From positions 42,165-106,164 of the forward strand of contig JBBSYE010000001.1 of the NCBI GenBank assembly GCA_038045385.1: 64,000 bases of DNA, written 5' to 3'. The notes beneath the pieces are model-generated. The model saw only the letters and a list, made by a program, of their open reading frames with translations. It ran no database searches and was not told the DNA's origin. Positions 30,397-41,333 of the stretch are shown here, piece after piece; the stretch's first letter is position 1, and each line of letters opens with the position of its first letter. This DNA is from Nanobdellota archaeon. GTDB lineage: Archaea > Nanobdellota > Nanobdellia > Pacearchaeales > GW2011-AR1. Made by a program: the position numbers and the translations under genes.

Positions 30397-32123
30397 GCAC
30401 CCCAACTTCCATTCTTTCTTCTTTTAATTTCCGCTAACTCTTGCAAAACTCCAAGTTCTTGCGCATTAAGCAAATCTTTATTTTTCTTGAAAGCTTTAAA
30501 TTGCATCTCCGAAATATTCGAATACAAGAATTTCTTATCCGAGAGTTGTCGTTCAAAATTTACTCCAGTAAGAGAGAGCGCCACCTCCAATCCGGCTTCA
30601 GCTTCATTAACACTCTTTTTATCAGACTGAATTCCCTTTACATGCGCAATCTCTTCTCCAGCATTATCAATTAAAGGGATCCCCACTCTCAACTTGCCCC
30701 CAAGCACTTTAACTCCAAATATCGCAGGATTAGAATTTCTAAAAACATATTGGCTAAGTATTTGTAGCTTACAAATCGTAGCCAACCCCATCAGTCTTTC
30801 TTTTTCAATCTCCTTAGTCTTTTTCTCTCTCCAAAGTTTCAAATCATCAATCAACTTATAAACAACATCGTGCGTAAATATTTTAACATTTCCTTTATCA
30901 ACCTCTTCAATCGGAACATTAAACCCAACAATAACTCCATCAAGTTCGTTAGTCTGCATTATCGCTTTAGCCGCACTTATATCAGCTTTTCCAATAGGCC
31001 CAATTGAGGCTTTCAAAATAGAAACTTGCGCCTGTCTCAACAATACAAGTAAAGCTTCAAGACTTCCAAGTGAATCTGCTTTCGCAATTATTCCACTTGA
31101 ATCTAGCTCAATAGAACCCGAAACTTCTTTTTTAAATCTCGATTTAATTTCCTCTAAATTTCCTCTGATTTCCTCAAACGGCATTCCCGGCAAGATATCT
31201 TCAGTATTAGCAAGCCTCAATCTCAAACCCGTCGCCGCCAAAACAGAAGACGCGGATTTATATTTAAAAGACAAAGGTTGTATCTCCTCAATCGCACGAA
31301 TTTTAGTAATTATCGGCTCTCCAAAACTAGCGATAGCAATTTCATCGCCTTCATCAATTTTCCCATCGTAAATAATCGCCTCAACTTGCTCCATGCTTTT
31401 CTCTTTCTTAATCTCAAGAATGACTCCCTTTGCCTCTTCAGTCAAAGTCAATTGTTCAGTCAAGAATCTTTGACATAATCCACATAGCATAAAGAGAAGC
31501 TCAGAAATTCCCTGTCCAGTCCGAGCAGAACAAGGCACTATAGCAACTTGCTTCTTAAAATCCTCAATCTCGTAATACAAACTAGATTCAAAACCATGAC
31601 TATGTAAAGAACCCTGAAATGTAAAGAGAGCAGTGTCAAATTCCTCTCTCACATTAACAGGCAACATATCAATACTCTCTTTCATTGAATCTCTGCGTTT
31701 CCAGCCAGATAAATTATCAATTTTATTCAACGCAATAACAAAAGGAGTTTTATGCGTCTTTAATATAGAAAGCACTTCAGCAGTTTGCGGTTTTATTCCT
31801 TCTTTAATATCAACAACAACAATCGCTAAATCCGCCAACGAACCCCCTCTCTTCCGCAAATTAGTAAAAGCAGCATGTCCAGGCGTATCAATAAAAAGAA
31901 ATCCAGGAATTTTAATATCAACATTCTTCTCTTTTATAAGCGGGCACATCTCATGCACTTTCTCAATTGGAAATCTAGTAAATGAAATCTTCTGCGTTAT
32001 CCCCCCCGCTTCGCCTTCCTGCACACTCGAGCCTCTAAAGGCATCAAGTAAAGATGTTTTGCCGTGGTCTACGTGACCGCATACTGTTATGATTGGCTGA
32101 CGTATTTTAGTTTCGTTTGTCAT
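30393..32123 (-). CDS. infB: translation initiation factor aIF5B (IF-2)
   Basis: RQPII..GHVDHGKTSLLD, EAGGITQ, DTPGHAAF, GSLEAL. Confidence 0.97.
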   Translation of the reverse strand: MTNETKIRQPIITVCGHVDHGKTSLLDAFRGSSVQEGEAGGITQKISFTRFPIEKVHEMCPLIKEKNVDIKIPGFLFIDTPGHAAFTNLRKRGGSLADLAIVVVDIKEGIKPQTAEVLSILKTHKTPFVIALNKIDNLSGWKRRDSMKESIDMLPVNVREEFDTALFTFQGSLHSHGFESSLYYEIEDFKKQVAIVPCSARTGQGISELLFMLCGLCQRFLTEQLTLTEEAKGVILEIKKEKSMEQVEAIIYDGKIDEGDEIAIASFGEPIITKIRAIEEIQPLSFKYKSASSVLAATGLRLRLANTEDILPGMPFEEIRGNLEEIKSRFKKEVSGSIELDSSGIIAKADSLGSLEALLVLLRQAQVSILKASIGPIGKADISAAKAIMQTNELDGVIVGFNVPIEEVDKGNVKIFTHDVVYKLIDDLKLWREKKTKEIEKERLMGLATICKLQILSQYVFRNSNPAIFGVKVLGGKLRVGIPLIDNAGEEIAHVKGIQSDKKSVNEAEAGLEVALSLTGVNFERQLSDKKFLYSNISEMQFKAFKKNKDLLNAQELGVLQELAEIKRRKNGSWGA

Positions 32124-32161
32124 AATAAAGACACAAAGAGTAGATTTAAAAAGGTTAACTA

Positions 32162-32485
32162 ATGGTAAAAATTATGGGCTTAAGTGAATTTAGAGAATTA
32201 ATAAATGATAAAAAATCAAGAAATATGATAATCAGAGGAATAATAGGAACAACAATCTTGGCAGGAGGAGGCGGTGTAGCTACTTATCTTTTAGTGGATA
32301 GTTCTCGTATAGACTTAATTTATCATAAAGACATTAACGGAGATGGAAGAGAAGATATAGTAAACCAATCGGGCTCAAAATCTAGACCTGCGTACGAAGT
32401 CTTCCTCCAAGAAGGTAACGGGGAATTTGTTAGAAGTTACAGATTTTCAGGAAAAGAAATAACTTCTAAATTATCAGGTAAATAA
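32162..32485 (+). CDS. small membrane-anchored protein with DxNxDG Ca-binding motif
   Basis: TM helix followed by DINGDGREDIV. Confidence 0.55.
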   Translation: MVKIMGLSEFRELINDKKSRNMIIRGIIGTTILAGGGGVATYLLVDSSRIDLIYHKDINGDGREDIVNQSGSKSRPAYEVFLQEGNGEFVRSYRFSGKEITSKLSGK

Positions 32486-32547
32486 TAAATAAAATCTTAA
32501 ATTTCTACTCGGCATAGTTTTTTAAACATTCATAAAATTGTCAAGAA

Positions 32548-32949
32548 ATGAAAAGAATAGAAGAACCTCAAGTCCGTTCAGAATATCTACATCGTGATCA
32601 CCCTGGAGTTTATCGCTGCCTTGTTAAGATTGGTGAAAATGTCAAAGGAATTTCAAGACCAAGAATTATTGACACCTATCCTCTTGAAGAAGTAGGTGCA
32701 AAATATTTACATGAAATTCTTAAGAAGCCATGTTGTGCTTCAGGAGTTGAAGAAAGCCAACTCTACAATCGTCTAGAAAGAATTGGGATAGATAAGACCT
32801 TTGCTAAAAGAATGCTTGATGAAATAATAAAAAATAATTTATTTGTATTTACAGAAGCAGGCGAAGGCTATAAGGGTATAGAAGGATTTAATCTATCTCG
32901 TATTGAGAGAAAAGGAAAATTTTACTACCATCGCAAAGACAAAATCTAA
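32548..32949 (+). CDS. hypothetical protein
   Basis: 133-aa ORF, TATA upstream. Confidence 0.55.
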   Translation: MKRIEEPQVRSEYLHRDHPGVYRCLVKIGENVKGISRPRIIDTYPLEEVGAKYLHEILKKPCCASGVEESQLYNRLERIGIDKTFAKRMLDEIIKNNLFVFTEAGEGYKGIEGFNLSRIERKGKFYYHRKDKI

Positions 32950-33000
32950 CTAGCAACAAAACACATTAATCTTTTTATACCCTCAATTATGCGATAATTC

Positions 33001-33438
33001 ATGACCAAAGAAGGCTACGGAATAGAAGGCGAAAGTCAAGGTAAAAATCCAAAACCCCAAGTAGTTTATCCTGCAGATATTATAGAGAGAGGAACCGCTC
33101 GCAAGCCCTATGAAATTTTTAGAGCAAGACTATCAAAATCTCCTCGAAGCAATCCAAATAACATCGGGATAAGAATTCTCAAATCAGATTACTCTGCATT
33201 AGTCGGCTTGGGCTTTGAAATTACTCCAAGAGAATCAGAGCTAATCTTCCCCTATCAAGAACCTAGAAATGGAGAATTAAAGGGTCTATCAAGAAATCTA
33301 ATTAATTTACTAGAGAAAAAATCTAAAGAAGAGGCAGATAGAATAAGAGCAAGTTTAATATTATCATCAGAAGAAATTTCAGACGAGATAAATTTCGAAG
33401 GTCTTCTTGAATTAGAAGACAATAATCCAAAACTCTAA
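33001..33438 (+). CDS. hypothetical protein
   Basis: 145-aa ORF, TATA upstream. Confidence 0.55.
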   Translation: MTKEGYGIEGESQGKNPKPQVVYPADIIERGTARKPYEIFRARLSKSPRSNPNNIGIRILKSDYSALVGLGFEITPRESELIFPYQEPRNGELKGLSRNLINLLEKKSKEEADRIRASLILSSEEISDEINFEGLLELEDNNPKL

Positions 33439-33737
33439 AATTCAACTTCTTCCATTTCAACTTTTTGAGTTGGCTTTTTAGAAACGTCTGTTTTCTCACG
33501 CTTAATCTCTTCGCCTATTATCTCGGCCAAATCTTTTTCATCAATAGAATTTATCGCGGCCTTAAACACGGCAAACTTATCCGCAGGAATTCTAGTTCCC
33601 GCTTTAGTAAATCCAGTATATCTTTCAGATTTCACGAACTCGCGAATAGTAAGCCCCTTGCGCCCGTTAAAATCATCAATTCTAATTACTATATCAGTCT
33701 CATGATTCTTTGCAATTCTATCAATGTCTTTTTCCAT
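33435..33737 (-). CDS. PC4/YdbC-like ssDNA-binding protein
   Basis: IDDFNGRKGLTIREF...FTKAGTRI pattern. Confidence 0.7.
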   Translation of the reverse strand: MEKDIDRIAKNHETDIVIRIDDFNGRKGLTIREFVKSERYTGFTKAGTRIPADKFAVFKAAINSIDEKDLAEIIGEEIKREKTDVSKKPTQKVEMEEVEF

Positions 33738-33784
33738 ATTAAATCCGAGTTTAAGAGCTATAAAAGCTTTGTTATTCCAATACG

Positions 33785-36037
33785 CTAACCAATAACCTCA
33801 CTGCATCCAAAGGAAAGAGAACAAGTAGTTATGTTAACTATTCCGTTCAAAGGCTGAACAATCCAATATCCTTTTGTTGAAACAGGATTTTGTGGATTCC
33901 AAATAATTCCTTCTGAAAAAGTTATTGTTCTGTCCACGCGAGAAAATCTAACTCCTTCACTATAATTTCCATCAACAGAATATCCTGCACTATCAAGAGG
34001 ACTAAATCTCCAGACTTTTCTCCCACCAGAAGCCATTCCAGTTAGAACATAATCATTACCCCAATGAGCCAGTTCTTTCCAAGATTTTCCAGCACCATAA
34101 GCATCTCCTGTTCTATCATTATCAAGCAAACTCTGTCTATCAGAAAAACCAGCAATCAAATTAAACTCAGCAAGAGTATTAGACAGCATATCGCGATCTT
34201 CATCAATTCTTAGCAAATCCGCTTCAGGAGTTATCATAGCCCCCCCATTACAAATTGAAGAAGGTGCCCAAAATATAAAATCATCCGCACCAGCTAAAGC
34301 AGAATGTAAAACACTCTCCTGCCAATAGTCAGTATTAGCCATAGCCACTAGAGGACCACCCAAATCGCACTCCTCATTTGTACCTCCTTCCCAGCTTTTT
34401 CTTGCAATCCACGGAATTACCTTGTCTTCGTCATTGAGGACAGAAGCACGCATTTGATTAACACTATATCTGAAAGAGTTAAAACTAGTAGAAGGATAAT
34501 TTATTCCATCAGGCCCATTACCAGCTAATGTAATTTGCCCCAACCAACCATAAAGATTAGGCGATTGTCTATTTCCTATATGAATATCATCTTGGGGATT
34601 AAGACCAGGCGCACTAATAGTAGCAATACCATTTCCATTTAAGTCTTCAAGTGGAACATCTCCCGAGCCAGCAACAATAGTATCCCAATTATTCGCACTA
34701 CCATAGCTTGCATATTTTATATTCGGAAATAAGTTTTGCGAAGTATTTAAAAAGGAAATATTAAAATAATCGCGCCTATGTATTTCAGTTACCATATTCC
34801 ATATTCTATAGGCATAGCCCACTCTATTATCCACATTATCAACAAGATATTGCCCATTTTGCATCTCCACATTTACAAGATATTCTGGAAAACCCATGCT
34901 TGCCCTAATAGCCTCATATCCGGAGTCTGCACCAATTGCCCTCCAGCGTGCTTCTTGATTAGAGAGATTTATTTGACTATCTATTTGCCAGTTACTAAAC
35001 CCTGATTCTATATCTGTTAATAGTATATCAAGTTCGCCCTCTTCACCACTTCCTTGATTTTTATACAGACGCATTAACTCCTCCACAAATAAAGCAGTTT
35101 CATCAGCCCCATTATCCCACCAGATAAGATTAGCTGTGCTTTCTATTCCTGAAACACCATCATCTTGAATTTCCTCTTCACTAAAACTAATTCTATCATC
35201 AATGTTTCTTGTAAGTAAACTAGACTGGTCATCCCTAGTAAGAATTATCATGGCTTTTTTACCATTCGGTTGTCCCATCAAGAAATTTCTTGCAATATCA
35301 ACTTGGCTTAAATCACCTCCAGCTGGGCCATTTCCTTGGTAATGATAAATATGCGAAATAAATGGCTCATTCACAGGACCTATTGTCCATGCTAATGCGA
35401 AAAGATTATTTCTCGCAGGATCCTGTTCATTAGCATCATCCTCGCTAGAACATCCAGGGTCAAAAGGCCAATCTATCAAACCATCTCCATCATTCCCACT
35501 ATTTGCAGAAGAAGAGTCAGAATTATCAGAACAAGCAGCTTGATTTATTATCGGAGCAGTTTCATCAACATCACCATTTGAGCAAACAACAGGACTACCA
35601 ATTAGGGAACAAGCAGAAACTCCAATAATTCCAGCGACGTCAACATTAAATGATTGAGCAACATCAACATCAGAAATCTGATAAACTTTAGTTTCAAATG
35701 TTTCAGGAAAAAAAGTTGTTGAGAATGTCTCAATTCCATTAGGAGTATTAAATACCAACCTAACTCCATCAAGAGAACCTTCAGGCAATCCTCTACGAAC
35801 TTGAACAGAAGTTAGTCCCCTTGTAACGTCGGTAATGCAAGAAATAATCTGAAGATTTGCATTTATACAACTAGTTGCTCTATCAATTCCCACCGAACTT
35901 CCAGAGCCATCATCAGAAGAATCACCAAGAGAGAAAATCACATGCTTCACTCCAACCCATAAAATCCCAGCAGATATAACAACAAGCAATATAATAAGCA
36001 CAGAAGTAACTATGCCTGACAAACCCCCTTTTAACAT
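33785..36037 (-). CDS. large surface protein with class III (pilin) signal and possible glycoside-hydrolase-like domain, paralog A
   Basis: KGG/LSGIVTSVLIILL, NDGDGLIDWPFDPGC Ca motif, ELDILLTDIESG. Confidence 0.7.
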   Translation of the reverse strand: MLKGGLSGIVTSVLIILLVVISAGILWVGVKHVIFSLGDSSDDGSGSSVGIDRATSCINANLQIISCITDVTRGLTSVQVRRGLPEGSLDGVRLVFNTPNGIETFSTTFFPETFETKVYQISDVDVAQSFNVDVAGIIGVSACSLIGSPVVCSNGDVDETAPIINQAACSDNSDSSSANSGNDGDGLIDWPFDPGCSSEDDANEQDPARNNLFALAWTIGPVNEPFISHIYHYQGNGPAGGDLSQVDIARNFLMGQPNGKKAMIILTRDDQSSLLTRNIDDRISFSEEEIQDDGVSGIESTANLIWWDNGADETALFVEELMRLYKNQGSGEEGELDILLTDIESGFSNWQIDSQINLSNQEARWRAIGADSGYEAIRASMGFPEYLVNVEMQNGQYLVDNVDNRVGYAYRIWNMVTEIHRRDYFNISFLNTSQNLFPNIKYASYGSANNWDTIVAGSGDVPLEDLNGNGIATISAPGLNPQDDIHIGNRQSPNLYGWLGQITLAGNGPDGINYPSTSFNSFRYSVNQMRASVLNDEDKVIPWIARKSWEGGTNEECDLGGPLVAMANTDYWQESVLHSALAGADDFIFWAPSSICNGGAMITPEADLLRIDEDRDMLSNTLAEFNLIAGFSDRQSLLDNDRTGDAYGAGKSWKELAHWGNDYVLTGMASGGRKVWRFSPLDSAGYSVDGNYSEGVRFSRVDRTITFSEGIIWNPQNPVSTKGYWIVQPLNGIVNITTCSLSFGCSEVIG

Positions 36038-36080
36038 TTCAAAATATGGAAAACATCATTAAAAAACTCTTCTACTATCT

Positions 36081-38177
36081 TTAATTTGCAGATGGCTCTC
36101 GTGCATCAGACGCCTGCACTATCCATTTTCCACAACTTGAAACTGAACTGGCAGGAGTGTAAACTCGCGCCTGCTCAAAAATAATGTTCTTCGTCGCACT
36201 CTTGCATGAAACTTGATTGTTCGCAATATTTGTGCAATCAACATTAGAACAAGAAGAACCAGACAAAGAAACTTCAGGAGCAAATCTCCAGACTTTTCTT
36301 CCTCCAGACAACATCCCAGTCAAAACAAAATCTTCTCCCCAAGGAGCAAGTTCCTTCCAGGGCTTTCCAGAGCCGTAATAATCTCCAGTTCCGTCGTTAT
36401 CAAGTAAACTCCTTTTATCTGAAAATCCGGCGATTGTGTTAAATTCAGCGAGAGTACCTGATAATTTTTCTTGATCACTATCAAGCCCCGCAGGGTTAGG
36501 ATTTTGTGGTGCCCAAAATATAAAATCATCCGCACCAGCTAAAGCAGAATGTAAAACACTCTCCTGCCAGAAATCACTATTGACCATCCCTATTTGAGGC
36601 CCTCCAGAATCTCCAGGAAAACTTCGTCTTGCAATCCATGGAGTGACTTTGTCATCATCGTTCAAAACTGTCGCTCGCATTTGATTAACACTATATCTAA
36701 ATGAATTAAAAGCACTATTTGGATAATTTATTCCATCAGGCCCTCTTCCTGACCAAGTAATCTGTCCAAGCCATCCGTACAAGTTAGGTCCTTGTCTATT
36801 TCCAGCATGAAAAATATCTCCGCTCCCAAGTCCAGGCGCACTGATAGTCACAGTACCATGACTATTAATATCAATTAAAGGTACATCTCCTGAGCCAGAA
36901 ACAATTACGTCAAAATTATTCGCACTTTCATAATTTCCAAATTTTGCACCCTCAAAATTATTTTCCAAAGGTTCATAAAATGCCTTGTTGATATAATCTC
37001 TCTTTCTTTTTTCATTAACCAGATTCCAAATCTTATAATTATTTCCACTCTGCCAATTATGTACACTCGTTAAATCAGTAAAACCAATGTCGCTCTTTAT
37101 CTGAGCTATTCCCAGACCATTAACATCGTCGCTGATAGTTTTCCATTTAGCTTTCTGTGCTTCATCAGAAAAGCCCGAGCCAATATGCCAGTTGCTAAAC
37201 CCTGACTCTATATCAACAATCAAAAAGTCCAGTTCTCCTCCTTTTGATTTATATTTGCTAAGAAAATCATCTACTATAATTTTAGTATTTGTCGCCCCAT
37301 TATCCCACCAAATACAATTTGCAACCCCCCATTGTGTAGGGCAAATTGGATATCCGTCTGTTGAGTTTCCAGTCAACTTAAGCCAATCTATTGCAAGATT
37401 AAATATTATCATTGCTCTATGTCCTTCTGGTTGCTCGTCGAGAATACTTTTTGCCTCATTAGCTATAGAGTCTGCAGAATTTGCAGAATTATAACTGCTA
37501 TAAATTTTGCTTAGATAGGGTCTTTCTTCAGAGTTTGGATTGGACCACATAAGTGCGTAAATCTCTCCCTTTGATTTATCTTCATTCTCATCTTCATCAT
37601 CCGCGCTCACACAACCAGAGTCAGCGGGCCAATCGATAAGCCCATCGCTATCATTATCAATATCATCAGAACAAATCCCTTCAGTTTCATTAACTACTCG
37701 TTCTTCCACAACATCACCAGAACAAATCACAGGACTACCAATTAGGGAACAAGCAGAAACTCCAATAACTACAGAAATATCAACATTAGAAGCTCTAGAA
37801 ATTGCCTCATCCTCAATTCTATACACAATAGATGCAGAATAATTGGGGGCGACATTACTTGAATAGGTTTTTATTCCTTCAGGAGTATTAAATACCAACC
37901 TAACTCCTCCAATAGCCCCGCCGAAATCAACCCTTCGGACATTTACATAACTTATATTATCTATGTAATTTGTAAAGCAAGAATTTATTTGAAAACTTAC
38001 ATTAGCACAAACGATGTTGCTTTCCAAAACATCTTCTTCTTCTTCAACCACTCCAATATTATTATTAAGAGAACTAATTATTGGCTTAATACCAAACCAA
38101 AAGACGCCAAAACCCATAGCCAAAACGAGAATAAAAATAGTAAATATAACAACTCCAGAAATTCCTCTTTTTAACAT
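36081..38177 (-). CDS. large surface protein with class III signal, paralog B
   Basis: KRG/ISGVVIFTIFIL, CSDDIDNDSDGLIDWPADSGC, ELDFLIVDIESG; extensive similarity to paralog A. Confidence 0.7.
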   Translation of the reverse strand: MLKRGISGVVIFTIFILVLAMGFGVFWFGIKPIISSLNNNIGVVEEEEDVLESNIVCANVSFQINSCFTNYIDNISYVNVRRVDFGGAIGGVRLVFNTPEGIKTYSSNVAPNYSASIVYRIEDEAISRASNVDISVVIGVSACSLIGSPVICSGDVVEERVVNETEGICSDDIDNDSDGLIDWPADSGCVSADDEDENEDKSKGEIYALMWSNPNSEERPYLSKIYSSYNSANSADSIANEAKSILDEQPEGHRAMIIFNLAIDWLKLTGNSTDGYPICPTQWGVANCIWWDNGATNTKIIVDDFLSKYKSKGGELDFLIVDIESGFSNWHIGSGFSDEAQKAKWKTISDDVNGLGIAQIKSDIGFTDLTSVHNWQSGNNYKIWNLVNEKRKRDYINKAFYEPLENNFEGAKFGNYESANNFDVIVSGSGDVPLIDINSHGTVTISAPGLGSGDIFHAGNRQGPNLYGWLGQITWSGRGPDGINYPNSAFNSFRYSVNQMRATVLNDDDKVTPWIARRSFPGDSGGPQIGMVNSDFWQESVLHSALAGADDFIFWAPQNPNPAGLDSDQEKLSGTLAEFNTIAGFSDKRSLLDNDGTGDYYGSGKPWKELAPWGEDFVLTGMLSGGRKVWRFAPEVSLSGSSCSNVDCTNIANNQVSCKSATKNIIFEQARVYTPASSVSSCGKWIVQASDAREPSAN

Positions 38178-38248
38178 TTTAAAATATGGAAAACATCATT
38201 AAAAAACTCTTCGTAAAAAGTTATAAACATCTTATTTCTCTAAAGTGG

Positions 38249-39178
38249 ATGACTCTACATATAGGAAAAATAAAACTCTCCAGTCCTTTACTCCTAGCGC
38301 CAATGGTAGACGTCACAGATATAGCTTATCGTATTCTATGTAGAAAATATGGCGCATCGTTGGCGTATACTGAAATGCTCAATATTGGGGCAATTTTGCA
38401 TGAAAACGAAAAGACAAAGCGCATGCTAATAACTTCAAGCGAAGACCGCCCACTAGGGATTCAAATTACCGCACCCAAAGTAGATGATTTCAAAAAAGTA
38501 ATTCCCTATATAAAAGAATACGATTTAGTAGACATAAATTGCGGTTGTCCATCAATAAGAATTACAGACAATGCATCAGGAAGTTATCTACTAAAAACTC
38601 CATTAAAAATCGCCAGTTATATCAAAGTTCTAAAATCCTCTGGCTATTCAGTGACCGCAAAAATCCGTCTAGGCTATAAGAAAAATAATGTGTTAAAAAT
38701 TGCAAAGATAATAGAAAAAGCTGGCGCAGATGCAATAACAATCCACGCTCGTCTTTCTCATGAAAGCTACAAAACTCCGGCAGATTGGCTTTGGATAAAA
38801 GAAGTCAAGAAAGCATTAAAAATTCCAGTAATCGGAAATGGCGACGTTAATTCAGGGGAATCAGCAAAAAAAATGCTTGAATGTGCAGACGCAGTCATGA
38901 TAGCACGTGCAGCGATAGGCAATCCCCTAATTTTCCGCAATATATTGCATTATCTTAAAACCGGTCAAGAGCTGCAAACAACAAAACACGAACGACTAAA
39001 TTCATTCTTAGAATATTTACAACTTGCAGAAAAGCACAAAGTCATCGAGCTACCACGAATAAAATCTCTCGGCGGTTATTTCTTATCTGACTTTCCAAAT
39101 TCCTCTAAAGCAAGAGCAAGCTTTATGCAATTAAAAACCCTAGATGAAATGAAAAAATTTATTAAAAAATTAATTTAA
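38249..39178 (+). CDS. dus: tRNA-dihydrouridine synthase
   Basis: LAPMVDVTD, DINCGCP, TAKIRLG, IHAR, IGNGD, MIARAAIGNP. Confidence 0.93.
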   Translation: MTLHIGKIKLSSPLLLAPMVDVTDIAYRILCRKYGASLAYTEMLNIGAILHENEKTKRMLITSSEDRPLGIQITAPKVDDFKKVIPYIKEYDLVDINCGCPSIRITDNASGSYLLKTPLKIASYIKVLKSSGYSVTAKIRLGYKKNNVLKIAKIIEKAGADAITIHARLSHESYKTPADWLWIKEVKKALKIPVIGNGDVNSGESAKKMLECADAVMIARAAIGNPLIFRNILHYLKTGQELQTTKHERLNSFLEYLQLAEKHKVIELPRIKSLGGYFLSDFPNSSKARASFMQLKTLDEMKKFIKKLI

Positions 39179-39282
39179 AAAATAAACCCATCCTTGGCTT
39201 AGCAAGAATGGGTATATACAAACATAAAAGAGATAATCTCTTTTTAACCCTTTCGTTAGACTAATTGATTTTAAAGTGATAA

Positions 39283-40554
39283 CTATCTTCTTCCTCTATC
39301 GTGTCGCCATCTTGGCTTGTAATCTCCACTACCCCGACTCTCTTGCTGTCCTCTATCTCTATATCTTCCCCCTCCGCGTCCACCAAAGCCTCCTCTTCCT
39401 TCTCTATCTCCTCTGTCATCAAACCTAATCATGATACTCTCGAACTCAGGCAATTCAACTTTATCAATTTTCAGCTCGTCATCCAGAAGTATACGTCGGA
39501 AATTATCATAGTCTCTCTCTGAAACAACATTGACAGCAATTCCATCCTTCCCAGCCCTAGCAGTTCTCCCAATTCTGTGGACATATTCCTTAGGATTTTT
39601 TGGAATATCATAATTGTAAACATGAGAAACATTCTTTATATCAAGCCCTCTAGCAGCCACGTCAGTGCAAACCAAAATAACTGCCTGCCCAGATTTGAAT
39701 TTTTCCATAATTCTATTTCTTTTATTTTGTGTCAATCCGCCATGTAGGGCCATTGCGTCAATCTGCATCTTATAAAGATTCTTAGCTACGAAATCCGCAT
39801 TTCTTCTCGTATTACAAAACACCATCACAAGTCCAGCTCTCTCTTGCTTAAGCAAATGGACAAGCAAAGAAAACTTTCCCTGTTTAGGCACATCATAATA
39901 AACTTGCGTCAATTTAGAAGCATCAACATAAGATTCAACTGAAACGTCAACAGCATCACGCAAGTATTTCCTAGAGAGGTGCTTAACATCTTGACTTAGA
40001 GTAGCAGAAAATAGCAAAGTCTGCCTTTCCTTAGGACAATTCTTAATTATAGTTTCAACATCCTCAATGAACCCCATGTCCAACATTCTATCTGCCTCAT
40101 CTAAAATTAAGACTTTTACGTGTTTCAAATCTATAGTTCCTCTCTGGAGATGGTCAAGCAATCTTCCAGGAGTTCCAACAACAACATCAGCATATCTCAA
40201 ATCTCTCATCTGTGGCTTTATATCAACACCCCCGTAAATAGTCGCAATATTCAACTTCTTATAACGAGCATATTTTTTAAGAGATTGAGCAACTTGTTCA
40301 GCCAACTCGCGTGTCGGCGCCATAATTAAAGCCTGAATTTTTTCAGTATGAGCAATTCTATCAACAATAGCCGCACCAAAAGCAAGCGTCTTTCCAGAAC
40401 CTGTAGCCGCACTACCCACGACATCGCGCCCAGCAACGACATAAGGAATCGCTTTCTCTTGAATTTCACTCGGTTCAGTGTACTTACTATCTTGAATCGC
40501 TCGCAGAAGGTCTCCGCTTATTCCTAACTTCTTGAATTTTTCCATTTTACTCAA
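39283..40554 (-). CDS. DEAD-box RNA helicase
   Basis: ATGSGKT, PTRELA, DEAD, SAT, ARGLD, HRIGRTAR; RGG tail. Confidence 0.96.
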   Translation of the reverse strand: MSKMEKFKKLGISGDLLRAIQDSKYTEPSEIQEKAIPYVVAGRDVVGSAATGSGKTLAFGAAIVDRIAHTEKIQALIMAPTRELAEQVAQSLKKYARYKKLNIATIYGGVDIKPQMRDLRYADVVVGTPGRLLDHLQRGTIDLKHVKVLILDEADRMLDMGFIEDVETIIKNCPKERQTLLFSATLSQDVKHLSRKYLRDAVDVSVESYVDASKLTQVYYDVPKQGKFSLLVHLLKQERAGLVMVFCNTRRNADFVAKNLYKMQIDAMALHGGLTQNKRNRIMEKFKSGQAVILVCTDVAARGLDIKNVSHVYNYDIPKNPKEYVHRIGRTARAGKDGIAVNVVSERDYDNFRRILLDDELKIDKVELPEFESIMIRFDDRGDREGRGGFGGRGGGRYRDRGQQESRGSGDYKPRWRHDRGRR

Positions 40555-40773
40555 ATTCGTGTAATGTATTAAGTGATATCTAGAAACAGATTCCCGTAAG
40601 GGGCTGTTTCACACACAAGCGCTACACGCTTCATTCTTTCGTGTTTTCAAGGCTTTTTAAATGTGCTTGTTTCAGCAAAATTCCTCAAATAATTTTTTAG
40701 GTGACTACACAACAGGCAATTGTAGTCGCCCATATCAACAATGATTTTAAACCTCTTTTATCATCTCAAACCA

Positions 40774-41169
40774 ATGCCCCAATTTGTTGACATAGAAACC
40801 CCTTACTCTGCTAGGACAGAAGGAGAACTAAGAAGAAATATAAGATACGCAAGAGCTTGCGTCAGAGATTCAATTCTAAAAGGTGAATTTCCCTTTGCTT
40901 CGCATTTATTTTATACTCAATCAGGCATTCTCGATGATAACATCCAAGAAGAGAGAGATAGGGGAATAATGGCAGGAAAAGAAATAATCTCACATCTCAA
41001 AGCAACAACTGCAGTCTATACAGATTTAGGAACTTCTAAAGGCATGCAGTTAGGCATAAACCTCGCAAAAGAACAAGGAAGAAATATAGATTACAGAACT
41101 TTAGGAAAAGATTGGGATGCCGAGTTTTCAAAGCACGAACGCTCCCACTCGCATAATAATGTGTGGTAA
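40774..41169 (+). CDS. conserved hypothetical protein, NDT/flavodoxin-like fold common in phages
   Basis: IETPYS..RNIRYARAC, PFASHLFYTQ, GILDD..ER..GI, AVYTDLG.S.GM. Confidence 0.6.
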   Translation: MPQFVDIETPYSARTEGELRRNIRYARACVRDSILKGEFPFASHLFYTQSGILDDNIQEERDRGIMAGKEIISHLKATTAVYTDLGTSKGMQLGINLAKEQGRNIDYRTLGKDWDAEFSKHERSHSHNNVW

Positions 41170-41333
41170 TTAAATCTTATTATCAATCTCAAAATTCCCC
41201 AGTATTCTTTCTATTTCCTTATCGGACGCTTTACAAAGAAATAATAAGCCAAAACACAAACAAATAAATACCCTCAATTCTAAAAAAGGTTACATAAAAA
41301 TGACGGAAGGAGATATTACCGATAAGGAATACA

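Noticed and set aside
39187-39213. hairpin between dus and the DEAD-box gene as an sRNA
   Set aside because: Adequately explained as a terminator between convergent genes.
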